DNA of 64,000 nt. It comes from Anthoceros angustus (Eukaryota > Plantae > Anthocerotophyta). Shown here piece by piece: positions 38,371 to 51,332 of this stretch; positions within the stretch are counted from its first letter, which is position 1; each line of letters opens with the position of its first letter. The stretch is from the NCBI GenBank assembly GCA_010909165.1, contig MU008161.1, positions 1,178,001 through 1,242,000 of the forward strand, written 5' to 3'. Under the pieces are notes generated by a model. It was not told the DNA's origin. It saw only the letters and a list, made by a program, of their open reading frames with translations, and searched no databases. The position numbers were made by a program, and so were the translations under genes.

Positions 38371-40921
38371 GATGGCCTATTAAGGCATGAGCTCGGGAGC
38401 GGGTTGCTATATCATGGATATTACACAGATTTTCGAATCTTAGAGATCATCGGAAGCGTAGTGTGACAAGGCGAAAGCGACATATCGAAAGAAAGACATG
38501 GCAAACGCACCAAGAAGGCAATTCTGTGAAGATGACAGTCAGTTGTGAGAGTCTCTCTTTGCAGGCTCGCGGAAGCAGCGTCTTGCTGCGGCTACATTCT
38601 GTATTCTTCAACCTATCAATTCGACATTATGTATCGAAGAAGGACACACTTTATGCCAGAATAGATGCGGAGCAGGATGTTGCCTTTGTTGCTTGTGAAT
38701 GTGTGAACTCTTATAATCAAAACTTGTGGATGCATGGCACGCATTGCTTGCATTTCAACAAGAACTTTTCAGCAGAATGTGATCATATTTTCCCTTCCTA
38801 GGCTTTTTGCTAGCAGAATTGTGTTGTGATGATGGTGTGCATTTAGGCATCTCAGGTGCAACGTTACATGCATGTTCCTAGCAAGACAATCGGTTCAGGC
38901 TGTTGTAGTAGATTACACAATGGCCTTTTGTTGAACATGAGATTAATGTAGCATGTATACTAAACTTGGTCTATACACGAATGCCGGCAGTAGCTAATTA
39001 TTGTATGACACATATTTTGTGCACTCTATTATTGTGAGCAATCATGCATAATCTGTTCTAAACATACCCCTTACCAATCGACTGTGACATTTTTGGTCCG
39101 AGACATGGCAACTACGTGTTTTGCTTACGCTCCACCGTGCAGTAGAGGAGGTCTGGACGGGTTAGTTTTAGGTGATCCGTTAGAAACAATGTGAAGGATA
39201 TGTCCCATGTTGGTGGATTTTTCTTTCAATTTGTGGAGAAACTTCCTGCTTTTGGATAATTGATGTGATCTTGTGCAACCGTTCAATAAGAACTAATTCT
39301 ACATCCTAGCTTTAGGTGGTACAAGCAAGGCTAACATACAATTTTTAATGTACTTTTAATAGTCATAGTAATAAATACAAGAACAATTGTATTAAACTCT
39401 ACTTGGACGGAATTTCCATCATGGCTTAATGGTGTGGCTGGTGTCTAATATGCATCTATGTTATTGTATGTTCGTCGGAATAGTTCTTGTTAAACTTATG
39501 ATTTTGAATTTATAAAGTATGTTTTAACTCATGATAGCAATAAAACTTCACAAACGAGTTCTTAATTTTTGTACTACCTCATCAGCTATCTATGTACATT
39601 CTCAATTAAAAATTCAGGATCATATAATTCTAGTAGTAAAGTATTAATGAACTATATGAACCAGATTGCCTCCAATCTCTTGGAGTCTCAAAAGTAAACT
39701 CATTCACTGATATTGTTTGGAAAAAACTGCTAAGACAAATTAGTGCGAACAACCTTTTCACGATTTGCCAAGCTAACCAACTAGGCCCACATTAATAATC
39801 TAAATGGTCATAACTTACCAATCCTATAAATTAGAGCCTAAATTGATGATTCAAACAGGTTGATGTTAAAAATTAACTATCTAGTAATTATTTGCTAGTT
39901 ATTACTAGTGCGTGAGATTTTACAAGATAAATATTATTAAATCTTTCTTTGAAAAAAAAAAGATTCTAGGTAATCGAGAAAAAACCACACTGATGGTCAA
40001 TCAACTATAGAACTTTTAAAAGAATGATTATATTGCTCTTCAAGTTCAGCAATTGGAATATCGGTCACATCCTCATTCACGTAATCTGTGTCAGGTGTTA
40101 CTTCATCCATAACCTCTTCCAAATTTGGAAGTTCCGGCATAACTTTACGAAACCATTCTTCTTCAGGAATTGAAGGTTGTGCAAGAAATTTTTGCACTTG
40201 ATCTAGCCATACCAATTCTGAATTAGATAATAAGTGATGTTTATCATGTCTTGACTTTACTTGTCCTATAAAAGAAAAACATATTTAGCATATAAATCAA
40301 TTAAAAATTAGATAAATGATAAAAATAGGCAAAATCACTTGTCAACATCAATATGTAAAACCAATAACTCACCATTTAAAAATATATTGAAAAAAAGGTA
40401 TAATATTAATATAACTAAAAAAACTTTAATAACACGGCCCCATAAGCCCGAAGACATTCTACTCATCCACAATGACCATGCTCGAAACCTCTTATTTTGG
40501 TGGCTATGAGTTTCCGACTCATGACTCGGTAATTCCAATTTTGAGCAATCCTTGAAAGCTGGTATGGATGATAAGACCTCCAACACTCTCATCATGATTC
40601 AAAATTATAGAGCAACTCATAAGCTGGAAGCACAAAATCACACTTTGTTATCGCAAAAGAAAATGAAAACACACTCGAAAAGTGTTTGTTGAAGAAAATA
40701 TGTGACACACACAGCTTGAAATGATTTGGGGGAAAGGATATCAAATTTATAGCATAGACTTCAAAACTATTTTCAGTAATATATTTGGTATAGCAAATAC
40801 TAAATCCATATGATAAGTTTCTTAATTTAGTAGATTAGTTTAGTGATCCATTTTTTTTCCATCCATGCTACCTTATTTGGAGTTGGATGTGGTTGGTAAT
40901 GCTTTATGTTCGTTCCATATA

Positions 40922-41015
40922 GCTTTTGATTGGAGTTTGCACTCTATTTTGCATCCACCATTTTGCTTGCTTTTGATTGGAGTTTGCACTCTATTTTGCA
41001 TCCACCATTTTGCTT
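40922..41015. repeat. 47-bp tandem duplication
   Basis: GCTTTTGATTGGAGTTTGCACTCTATTTTGCATCCACCATTTTGCTT x2. Confidence 0.9.
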
Positions 41016-41848
41016 GCGAGTGGGCAGCTCAAGCTCGCTTCCCATTTGCCTGTGGAAATACTTGTCCATATGAGAGTTATGTATTGTCTCGGACTTTTCT
41101 ATGTTTTATCTAGCAACCCGCTTTATGTTAGTGGAGTGGTGGCTGGTGAGATGGGCTTTTTTTCTTTCATATGTGGTGAAAGTGGATGGCAGCAGTGGTG
41201 GTGAGAGTTATGTATGTGGTGGTGAGAGTTAAGTATGGTCTTAAATTTCTTTTTGTCTTGTATGTTTAACAATGCCTTAACGTACTTCTCGCCCCGGAGT
41301 TTTGAAGAGTGCGCATTGGAGGGCTGTGAGTTTTCCTTATGGCCGTAGTTCTTCTCCTTGGGCTCTGCATTGCTGCATTGCTTCATTGCCCCTGGGTTCA
41401 CAAGTTCAAAGGATTTAGTTTTGGGGGTAACTTTTTTGAGGGCCTTGTGGAGGTTTTGAAGTTCATGGTATGCATACCTGTCAACCGCTGTGGGCCACGC
41501 GAAATTGAAAAGGAGGCCCCTGGATAATAGGTTAGAGGCCAAGCTCACCAGCGGTCGACAAATGGGCACTCGAAGCGTAGAAGGCGGGCGTACAAATATT
41601 CATGGTCTCGATGATTGGGGGTCCAGTCCAGATCCCTCCCCGCTGCCCGCTGCCGGAAGTGTGTTCTGCTCCGGTGGTCGTGAAATTCACGTTCCCTGCT
41701 GTTCTCCTGTCCCACAGCCATCCGGGCCGTGCGTCGTTGTGCGGCGTCCCGAGCTCGTCCTGCGAGCCAGCAAATGCGGGTGTGAAAACGCGCAGTCTCA
41801 GAGGAGGAGTCAGTGGGAGCAGCAGCAGCAGCAGCAGCAGGAAGTTGG

Positions 41849-43237
41849 ATGGCGGGGCGCGGGCAGGATCTGGAGCAGCGGGATCGGGATGGGGATCGGG
41901 AGCCGCTGCTGGGGGGGAATTGGAGGAATGGGGATGGGGATGGGGATGGGGATGGGGATAGGGAGGTGGACGGGGCGGTGGAGCAGGAGGGAGGGAGCGG
42001 GGGGCTAGCGGGCGCCGTGTTCAATCTCTCCACCACCATTGTGGGCGCGGGGATCATGGCCCTGCCTGCCACGGTGCGCGTGCTGGGCCTCCCGCTCGGG
42101 GTGCTGCTCATGCTGTTCGTGGGCTTCGTGTCCGGGAGCGCGGTGGAGATGGTGGTGCGGTTCTCCAGCAAGCTGAACGCGGAGTCGTACGAGGACGTGG
42201 TGGGGGCGATCTGTGGCCGGGCGTGGCGGATCGTGACGCAGGTCTCCGTGGTGGTGTTCACCATGGGGATCCTCATCTGCTACCTGATCATCATCGCGGA
42301 CGTGCTGGCGGGGTCGAGGGAGCATTTGGGGCTGTTCGAGCAGTGGGTAGGGAGGGACGGGTGGTGGTGTTCCCGCCCGCTCGCAATCCTGCTCACCGTG
42401 CTGCTGGTGCTGCTGCCGCTGGCCGCGCTCCCGAGGCTGGACTCGTTGAAGTACTCCTCGGCCCTGTCCATCGCCCTGGCGCTGCTGTTCGTGGTGCTCG
42501 CCGTGGCTGTGACGCTGGTGAAGCTCGCCTGGGGCGAGACGCAGGCGCCCAGGATGCTGCCTGACCTCTCGTCGCCTGCGGCGTGGTACGAGCTCTGTGC
42601 CGTGGTGCCCATCATGAGCAACGCCTTCATCTGCCACTTCAACGTGCCCCCCATCTACCACGAGCAGCGGCACAAGAGCCGGCGGACCATGGTGAAGGTG
42701 GCCAGGCTGTCCCTCGCCTTCTGCACCGTCATGTATGTTGTTACGGCTGTTTCCTGCTACCTGCTGTTCGGGGAGGGGACCGCTGCGGACATCCTGTCCA
42801 ACTTCGATGCCGACCTCGACGTCCCATACAGCAGGGTGGTGAACTATGTGATCCGGGTGGGGTATGCGGTGCATGTCATGCTTGTCTTTCCTGTCATCTT
42901 TTTCTCACTGAGGCTTACCATCGACACTGCGCTCTTCCCCGGCTCCCGGCCTCTGGCTGATAGTGGAGGTCGGAAGGCTGGTCTGACGCTCCTGCTGCTT
43001 GGAATCATCTACGCCGGCTCCACGGTCTTCCCGGACATATGGGTTGCATTCAACTTCACAGGGGCCACCACGGGGATGTTCGTGGGGTTCATCCTCCCCG
43101 CCGTGCTTGCCATCAAGGGCAGGTCCAGTTCGGACCCCGGGGACAGGTTTCAGAGGAATTTGGCTTGGATCATGTTGCCCTTGGCTGTCTTCTCGGGCAC
43201 TGTTTCTGTGGTGACTGAGATCCTGAGCCTGATATGA
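41849..43237 (+). CDS. AVT6: Amino acid transporter, AAAP/Aa_trans family, AVT6-like; intronless
   Basis: GAVFNLSTTIVGAGIMALPA, DSLKYSSALS, AFICHFNV, DILSNFD, FTGAT; ~11 hydrophobic segments; REPLL dileucine-like motif; first ATG at 41849. Confidence 0.92.
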   Translation: MAGRGQDLEQRDRDGDREPLLGGNWRNGDGDGDGDGDREVDGAVEQEGGSGGLAGAVFNLSTTIVGAGIMALPATVRVLGLPLGVLLMLFVGFVSGSAVEMVVRFSSKLNAESYEDVVGAICGRAWRIVTQVSVVVFTMGILICYLIIIADVLAGSREHLGLFEQWVGRDGWWCSRPLAILLTVLLVLLPLAALPRLDSLKYSSALSIALALLFVVLAVAVTLVKLAWGETQAPRMLPDLSSPAAWYELCAVVPIMSNAFICHFNVPPIYHEQRHKSRRTMVKVARLSLAFCTVMYVVTAVSCYLLFGEGTAADILSNFDADLDVPYSRVVNYVIRVGYAVHVMLVFPVIFFSLRLTIDTALFPGSRPLADSGGRKAGLTLLLLGIIYAGSTVFPDIWVAFNFTGATTGMFVGFILPAVLAIKGRSSSDPGDRFQRNLAWIMLPLAVFSGTVSVVTEILSLI

Positions 43238-44599
43238 CGATGCAGCATGCAGGGTAAGGGCAGGGTTCCAAATTCTGCAGGGCGGAGGTTATTGGATCAG
43301 GGGCACATTGCAATTGCTTGTGCTTGTAGGAGGAGTTCCGTGATCCACCTCCTTGCCAGGGTACATATGGATGCAGCTGCTGCTAGGCCTTGTGATGATC
43401 GGAGGACACCATGTAGGTGCCTAGGAGCAGTCTTGAAGGCTTATTAAGTGGAGGTGTCGATCAGCTGGCCATGTACGACATGTTGTCTGTCAGGTGTCAG
43501 GAATCTACATGACAACTATAATATGTATTCCGTTAATGGATGCACTAGGCGGATGTAAGAGGGACAGAATCACTACGTGGTCTAAATTTCGGTTATGGAG
43601 GAATCTGAGACTACACAGAAAGGTATACAGTCCTCCCATAGTTCCTGTTCTAAGTACCATGGATTGAAGTGATCATTCACATTATGCAGTGAGTGGCAGG
43701 GGGAAGTTACGTCCTCCACGGTGTTCGGGATATGTATCGTAGCTGCGTCATATAGCAGGCCTGGGGTTGTCAATCAAGCATGGGGTCAATGCTTTCTTTG
43801 GCAGCAATGCTGTGTAGGCTCCTCTCCTTGAGCGCCTGCCCTTCCTAACAGAGTCTGGTTTGCTTCTTGTCGAGCGTCTGCTTTGCTTCTTCAATCTCTA
43901 TAATGGATGGCTGTGAGAGGCGGCCAAGAGCAAGAGCCGATGTTGCACAGGTAACATCACAGGCCCTGGTGTGCGGTGCGGTTCCTCTAGAGTTGCGGAG
44001 TCCTCAGATGATTTCCTACCAACCTTAGGACTTCGTGTGCACCGCTACCGAACCCTCGTTACCTGTTATTGACTGGTCACCTGATTGCCTTCCTCATAAA
44101 GCTCTTACGAAGTGAACCGTGCTCCTTCGCATGCTGTCGTGACACATCCGTTGGCAGATTCAGCAGCTGCGTCCTACCTGCACAAGGCAGCCTTGTGCAG
44201 ATGAGCACTATTCAGACAGTCTTCTTCCTGTATCTGCACAATGGTAAACCATGTTTGCCTCGGGACTCTTGAGTCCTGAGCCTTGTATGAAAAATAGAAT
44301 GCAAAAGCCATGGATTTCAAGAGAACATAGAGCTGAAGGGCTGGTCAGAGACGAATCTCTACCTTTGCTTTTGCCCCCATCAGACGAGGACTGGGATTCC
44401 ATTCCTTAACCGCTATTACATCTGTTTACAGTATGTGCCATTGGAGCAATTATGGAGCCACCAATGAGTGGTTCGTATTGGATGTGTTGTCGTGGATTAT
44501 CCAGCCCATTTTATTACTGTCTGTAGCCTTACTATTCGAATAACGATGAGAAGCAGCAGCCCACGTGTGGAACCTAACTTAGGTAAAATGGGAAATGTG

Positions 44600-45090
44600 G
44601 AGACTATAAAAAGAACGAGATGGGAAATTCCATCCATCCCGAGATGAAAAGGGACAACTCACGATGGGGCACCATGCCAGGCGGCGTGCCCCTGCACTAA
44701 TTTACCCTTTATCCCCCAACCATCCCAAAGATGTCATCTTCTGAGATAGGGAAGGACCTACTTACCATTGGTGCCGCCGATGCCGCATCTCCAGTATTGG
44801 TGATCGTCCTCAAGATGGCGTTGGCCAACGCCCTTCGCAGGGCGATGGAAATCCATTGCCTGAAACAAGCCACAAGCCACAACACTGGAAAGGGGGAGGC
44901 CAACCCCGCCTTTGTCGTTGTGGTAGGTACTTGCGCACCCCTTGATGAAACGAGAAAAAACCTTACCCAAGGCCCCATGAGTTTTAATGGCAACGGGGAT
45001 GAAAATGTGACCTTGCTGCATGGACCTGTACTTGTAAATTTTCTTAGTTGCGCTCCCTTCCCCGCCCAACCTGGAGTGTTGATGATGACA
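44600..45090 (-). mobile_element. 5'-truncated copy of the CRE-clade LINE (endonuclease C-terminus and 3' UTR)
   Basis: Aligns with 45328-45870; KKIYKY...HIFIPVAIKTHGALG. Confidence 0.88.
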
Positions 45091-45327
45091 TGGTAAAAAG
45101 CGGGTATTTTACCCCAGACTCCTTGGGCCAAGAGATGTACAAAAACATGCCAGTGCGTACGTATGTATGTACATACCTATGTGGAAGCATTCTTAGCTAT
45201 CTCCTAAGAGTACGGCCTTGCAGCCACATGATCGCTATGAGGCTATTGAACTAATGTACTACACAATAAGGAGCCCAATAATTTACTACCTACACATTGG
45301 AGTATTCTATTCTAATAGAGGGAATAG

Positions 45328-48060
45328 GAGACTTTTATTGAAAGAACGAGATAGGAAATTCCATCTACCCCGAGGCAAAAGGGGACAACCCACGACGGGG
45401 CACCAAGCCAGGTGGGGCGTACCCCCACACTAATCTACCCTATAACCCCCAACCGCCCCATGATGTAGGTGGGGCGTACCCCCACACTAATCTACCTTAT
45501 AACCCCCAACCGCCCCATGATGTCGCCGTCCGAGATAGGGAAGTGCCTATTTACTACTGGTGCTGGTGATGCCGCATCTCCAGCACTCGTGATCGTCTTA
45601 AAGATGGCGCTGGCCAACGCCCTTTGCAAGGCGATGCAAACCCGTTGCTTGAAATATGCCACGACACTGGAAAGGGGGAGGCCAACCCCGCCCCTATCGT
45701 TGTGGTAGGCCCTTGCGCACTCCTTGATAAAACAAGAAAAAACCTTTCCCAAGGCCCCATGGGTTTCAATGGCAAGGGGGATGAAAATGTGACCTTGCTG
45801 CATGGGCCTAAACTTGTAAATTTTCTTAGTTGCGCTCCCTTCCGCCGCCCAACCTGGAGGGTTAATGATAATAAAGTCACTAATAGAATCTCTGGTTGGG
45901 TCAGTGACAACCACGTCCACAACCGAGACCTCGTCCCCCCGTGTCAAGAAAAAGTTAGCTCTAATAGAGACGCGATCGAGCAGAGTATATTGCCGCTCCT
46001 TGAAAAGGAAGAAACCGCTCTCCATGGCCATTGAGAATATGACGTATCGAATGGCATCATGTGTAGCAATACGTTGTCCACCCATTGGACAATGCGCTAA
46101 GTGGGCCCCAGGGTCGTCGATGGAGGCCCCCCAGCAGCAGGCCGCAAGAGAACAGGCTAGTGGTTGGACCAGACCTAGGCGAAACCTCATCGCAGTAGAA
46201 AAAGAAGCTGGTGCGATTCGAAACGCCTAGATGCAAGGTTGCAGGAGCCAGCGTTCTACACCCTTCCCTGAGCAAGAGCGAAGGCGAGCTCTAGCGGGAC
46301 AAAGAATAGATGAATCCAGAAGAAGACCATGCAACACCTGCCCATAATGCTTCTCCTTGAGAGAAGCCTGCAACCCTCGAAGCTCATCTGCGAGAAACGA
46401 AGAAAAAGAAGGCGTGGCCTCCCTGGCCAGAGGGGGCAAGAGGTCCCTAGCCGACCTTAGGGACACTTGGAGGGGGAAGCACCCCTCCTCAACTCCTGCA
46501 ACGAAATTCTCTAAAATGCTGCTATCTCGAATAAGGAAACGAGAGGCCAAAATTGGGGCCTAGAGGACCCAGCTTCTTAGAAAGACCGTTGGCGCCGAGG
46601 CCTCCATGGCCGAAAGACTTGCGCCCCCCAAAGCGACGGGGAGAGACGCCTGTCACCACGCCAGGTTCCTGACCGTGCATTCGAAGAAACCTGGGCCGAT
46701 AATGTCTCCCAGAGATTGCATAACCTGCTTGTCGAAATCTCCAAGTTGAGAAAGAAAAACTAGAGAGGGGGGGACAATGCGAATGAGGTACCCAAGGCGA
46801 CATGTGAAGCAAGAAGAGAGGATGCCGAAGGCCACTTGTGGGTCGCTCAACCTAGAGAGGTCGTCGATATGCGCAAGATTCTCTTTCAAAGCAGCATCTA
46901 CAAATTCCCGTACAAAGCCCGGGGGCCCGACCGGGACTCCAAGGACCCACAACCCTTGTGGAGAATCAATATCCCCCCGGGATAATGATAAGGGGGCATA
47001 GTACCAGACGGGGACCAAGCCTTAACCAAACCTTCAAGGTCTTGACCTTCAGGCCAAGGCAGGAGAGCTCCAAGGAGAAGAGGTCCAAAGCATCTTTGAC
47101 TTTGTCCACCAGCCCAAGGATGTGGGTGTTGTCGACCACCGACGGAAAAAGGCACTCCCACACCGAGGAGGCAATTATTGCCAGGGCCCTGAAATGCGCC
47201 ATAGCAAAGAGAGCTCCCCCAAGGGATCCCACTGCCTGGATCCCGTTGCGGAGTCAAGCACGGAGACCCCCTCCATCAAGGGGCCGTGCTAAGTTAGAGG
47301 CGGAACCATAAAAAGAGCGAACAAAAGAAATAAGACTTGCCAATTGCCCGCCCGCGTCTTTAAGTTCTTTGGAAGATGCCTTGGATATAGTGTTGAAAAC
47401 CTTCTGAATATCGACCTGAAGGGCAACCCAATCCGGATGTAGCTGGAGAACCGCCTCGACTCCAAAACTCACTGTCTCGTAGCCCCCGGGGTGGCGATGC
47501 CAAATTGATGGGGGCTAAGATGAGCCCAAAATTGCTCCCTGAGTTGGAGGGTAATGCTGCGGCTAATAAGTCGTAGGAACGCCTCTCCCATGGAGATAGG
47601 GTGTGCCCCCGGTGTGGGCTTCTCCATAGCCAAAAGCCTGCTGGCCACCAACACCCATGAAATCTGATGGGGGGTCTCTCCCCGTGCCACAGCCGTTGCC
47701 AGGATAAAGAGCTCCAAAAAACCACTAGAAGGATCCTCAGGAGAGAAGTAGTCACGGAGGTGATTGTAGATAGTTCGTGAAAAACCCCCAGAAGAGAGCT
47801 GCGGCGCGGTAGTTAAAGTGCGACCAAAAAGCACTCTGTCCAGACATAAGGGCTCCTCAGCCACTAAATCCAAGATATCTGATGGGATGGGGATATCTGA
47901 TGGGATGGGGATATCTGGAGCCGGCTGAAGGGCCCAAAGAGCAGCAATAGTCTCCTCGGATGCCGGAGCCACCCGGCCATGCTGAAGGGCGGCTTAGCAT
48001 ACTCGCTACATGACCAAGCGGGGAGGCACGTTTTGAGACGCGCCTTCACGGGGTCTTGAA
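45328..48060 (-). mobile_element. CRE-clade non-LTR retrotransposon (RT plus restriction-like endonuclease), degenerate and 5'-truncated
   Basis: PISMGEAFLRL, HQFG, LQVDIQKVFNTIS, LGGALFA, VVDN at the YxDD position, VLGVPVG, GGLG; CCHC-like CCWG..HLAHC..THDAIR; VVDVVVTDP; FIPLAIETHGALG; AATAAA near the 3' end; ~58-bp tandem duplication 45410-45525. Confidence 0.85.
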
Positions 48061-48377
48061 AAACCTAATCACCCTGCTTATCGCGCCACCCCAACAACGC
48101 GGCATGGAAGACATGATGATGAAGATGAGAAAAAATAAACCATAGGAAGTGGAAAGAGCATGGCCACATTGTATCCCAAGCGTTACCAAACTTCCACTTC
48201 AATCTTTTTATCCACATACACTCATATCCTAGGATTGATCTCTCATATTTTGGCCTCGACAATCTTACTTTCCTACTTGTGCATGTGCCATCGCTCCCTC
48301 CAACTTTTATTCTAATTCATTTTAATGTATGGACTCTTGAGTGCATAGACAAAAGTGTTCCCTACATAGTCGAATTT

Positions 48378-48600
48378 GATTGTTATGTAATGGAATATTC
48401 AAAATTTCACAATGTAGTGGGATCACTGAAAATTCGAGTGTGTAGTGAAATAGCATAACATAGCAATCAATTGAAATTTTGGGTTAGCGGCACACTCAAA
48501 TTTTACTATATAGTGAAACACTTAAATTTCACTATGGAGCGGAACACTCAAAATTCCACTATGTAGCAAAATGCTTAAAATTTCAATTGATTGTTATGCC
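48378..48600. repeat. Degenerate ~26-bp repeat cluster with a 22-bp inverted repeat
   Basis: ACACTCAAA(A)TTTCACTATGTAGTG-like units; CATAGCAATCAATTGAAATTTT (~48459) vs AAAATTTCAATTGATTGTTATG (~48577). Confidence 0.65.
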
Positions 48601-49167
48601 CTATTGACCCATAGTTGATTTTAATTGCTAACAACATCTTAGAAAGTACGACCCATTGAACAACTCCGGATCAGCGATTCTAAATCCTAAATGGCTCTAG
48701 AAAAATTTGCTTTACCATGGTGAGGACCTTTGCAAAGTAATTTTTGGATTTTAGCAAAGATCGAGTACCACCGCCACCAAGGATGGTGCTCTTTGTCGTT
48801 CTAGCCGATGATCTCCGTGGCTAAGCTCCCTCTACTTTACTTAAAATACCTTTTGTGACCACAATTTCACTATGTGCTATGTCTGGTCGCTTTTGGCCGT
48901 TGTGTTGTTCCATTTGTGGCCGCATTTGGCGTTATTCTTAAGCAACAAAGCAAAATAATGTTGCATGGTTTTGACACTTACATTGACACTTGAAAATTTG
49001 CTTCCTCCTCAAAGCCTGTTTGGACTACATACGTGGAAAAAGCTTAGGGGTAAAATAGTTTTGAGGGTGAATGATTCCTTTGGCCTTCTTGCCCTGGTAA
49101 TGTAATATGATTTTATCTCTAATATGAGAACCGTGCCCGCCATACTTTGAACACAAGATTTTCCGGT

Positions 49168-49318
49168 CTTGGTAATAACATTGTAGCACCACTTGATGCT
49201 TACAAAAAAAAGCATTCCTGACTTGGTAATAATATTGTAGCACCACTTGACGCTGCGAAAGGAAGTTTTCTTATCTTGGTTATTATAACACCACTTGATG
49301 CTGCAAAAGAAGTTTTTT
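49168..49318. repeat. ~53-bp tandem repeat x3
   Basis: CTTGGTAATAACATTGTAGCACCACTTGATGCT units. Confidence 0.75.
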
Positions 49319-50158
49319 GTGGGTTTGAAAGTGGGTGTGACGATTTCACGGGCTTTTGGCCTTGAAAGTATCCTAGCACACAGCGTGCATTGATTATGAC
49401 TTTTCCCTTTTTGGAATCGACTTTAAGTATTGAAGACAAGGTCTACTCCACAAGAAACAAGATTATACATCAAGGAGGATCTTATACCACTGCAATTACA
49501 ATACAAAAAAGAGAAGTTACCTGGTTTTAAGGATGCTCAAGCTACTTGACGTATAGCACGAATAGCCTTAAGAGCAGGTAACTTCTCCTTTCTATACTGA
49601 TTGTTTGGCATTATTTTCCTAGTCATCGCTTTTGTCTCTCTAGTTCAGACGTGAGTATGTGTGCTCTTTCTTCCACCTTTTTCACGTTGTACTATTTTGG
49701 TCTCATTGGTCTTTGTAGAACAGGGCCAAGATGGGCTGCACAATTCAATTTTACGTTCCACTTAACCCCAAAACCTTGAATCGACTCAAATTGGGTCGTT
49801 CAGCGGGTGTTTCAGGGTCTTGAATTTTTTCCGCACACTTGTTGGGTCTCGAACCTTTGAGTGAAGTTTCTGGCTTGCATTTGGATCATGGCAATTTTTG
49901 GATCATAGTAAATAGCCTTTTGTAGCATCATTCATGCCACCTCGAAGATGTCACGAAACTTTGTGTTGCCTCTGGTTAGCCATGTAGGGCTGATTTTCTG
50001 GTTTGGAAATTTATGGCACAAGCAGTGGAAGTTTGTTGTGGCTAATTGTTGGTGAGGTTATGCAGCTTGGTGTAGGCTGTTGGGCAAAAAGTTTGCTTTG
50101 TGATTGTTATGAAGCAACAAAACCGTGGAAAGATGCTATGCTTCTCGTGCATAGCCAT

Positions 50159-51332
50159 GGAGCTTCTCTCGACGTTCATAACATGAGCGGTAGCATCCGG
50201 GGGTGGTTGGTTTTTTTGACGACATGAGTCGATGGAGCAGGGCATCCTCCTGATTGTGGACGTGAGATCGGTCGGATTTTTCCTCATTCAGTTTAGAAAT
50301 TATAAATTAGCCAAAAATAGCCCAAACCCCCTTCGTGGGATCATGGTTATTTTTTCTTACCATCGTTATGTCAATGTTATGAACATACCGTATCTGGAGG
50401 GGTGGTTCCACAGGATATTACAAAAATAATTATTTTTTGAAAAATAAGGTTCAACATAAATATTTATATTTTTCAGAAGTTCAATATTTATGAAAAATAG
50501 TTTTAATCAAATTTAAAAATCTATTAAAATACATAGGTATCTATATAGAACTAATGGATATAGAGACCTCCCTAAACAGGCCCTAATTGTCCACACAAAC
50601 CCTAGTTTCCTTGTTTTCGGCATCTTAAACTCATAAATTTTTACATATTCATTATTTTAAGTATAGTAATTTTTGGATTTTCAACTTTTACTGATTTTAA
50701 TTAATTAATGTGGAATCACCTTGGGGTATGGTAGTCTCTAGGCGGAGCTTCTCTCAACGTTCATGCGAGCGGTATCCGGGTGGTTGGTTTTTTTGACGAC
50801 ATGAGTCGATGGAGCAGGGCATCCTCCTGATTGTGGACGTGAGATCGGTCGGATTTTTCCTCATTCAGTTTAGAAATTATAAATTAGCCAAAAATAGCCC
50901 AAACCCCCTTCGTGGGATCATGGTTATTTTTTCTTACCATCGTTATGTCAATGTTATGAACATACCGTATCTGGAGGGGTGGTTCCACAGGATATTACAA
51001 AAATAATTATTTTTTGAAAAATAAGGTTCAACATAAATATTTATATTTTTCAGAAGTTCAATATTTATGAAAAATAGTTTTAATCAAATTTAAAAATCTA
51101 TTAAAATACATAGGTATCTATATAGAACTAATGGATATGTACAGACCTCCCCTAAACAGGCCCTAATTGTCCACACAAACCCTAGTTTCCTTGTTTTCGG
51201 CATCTTAAACTCATAAATTTTTACATATTCATTATTTTAAGTATAGTAATTTTTGGATTTTCAACTTTTACTGATTTTAATTAATTAATGTGGAATCACC
51301 CCTTGGGGTATGGTAGTCTCCTAGGCGGAGCG
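50159..51332. repeat. Near-identical ~580-bp tandem duplication
   Basis: Identical 65-aa ORF translations at 50232 and 50809; copies differ mainly by small indels. Confidence 0.93.

Noticed and set aside
41545-42874. Long minus-strand ORFs (243 and 289 aa)
   Set aside because: Antisense shadows of the GC-rich AVT6 coding sequence.
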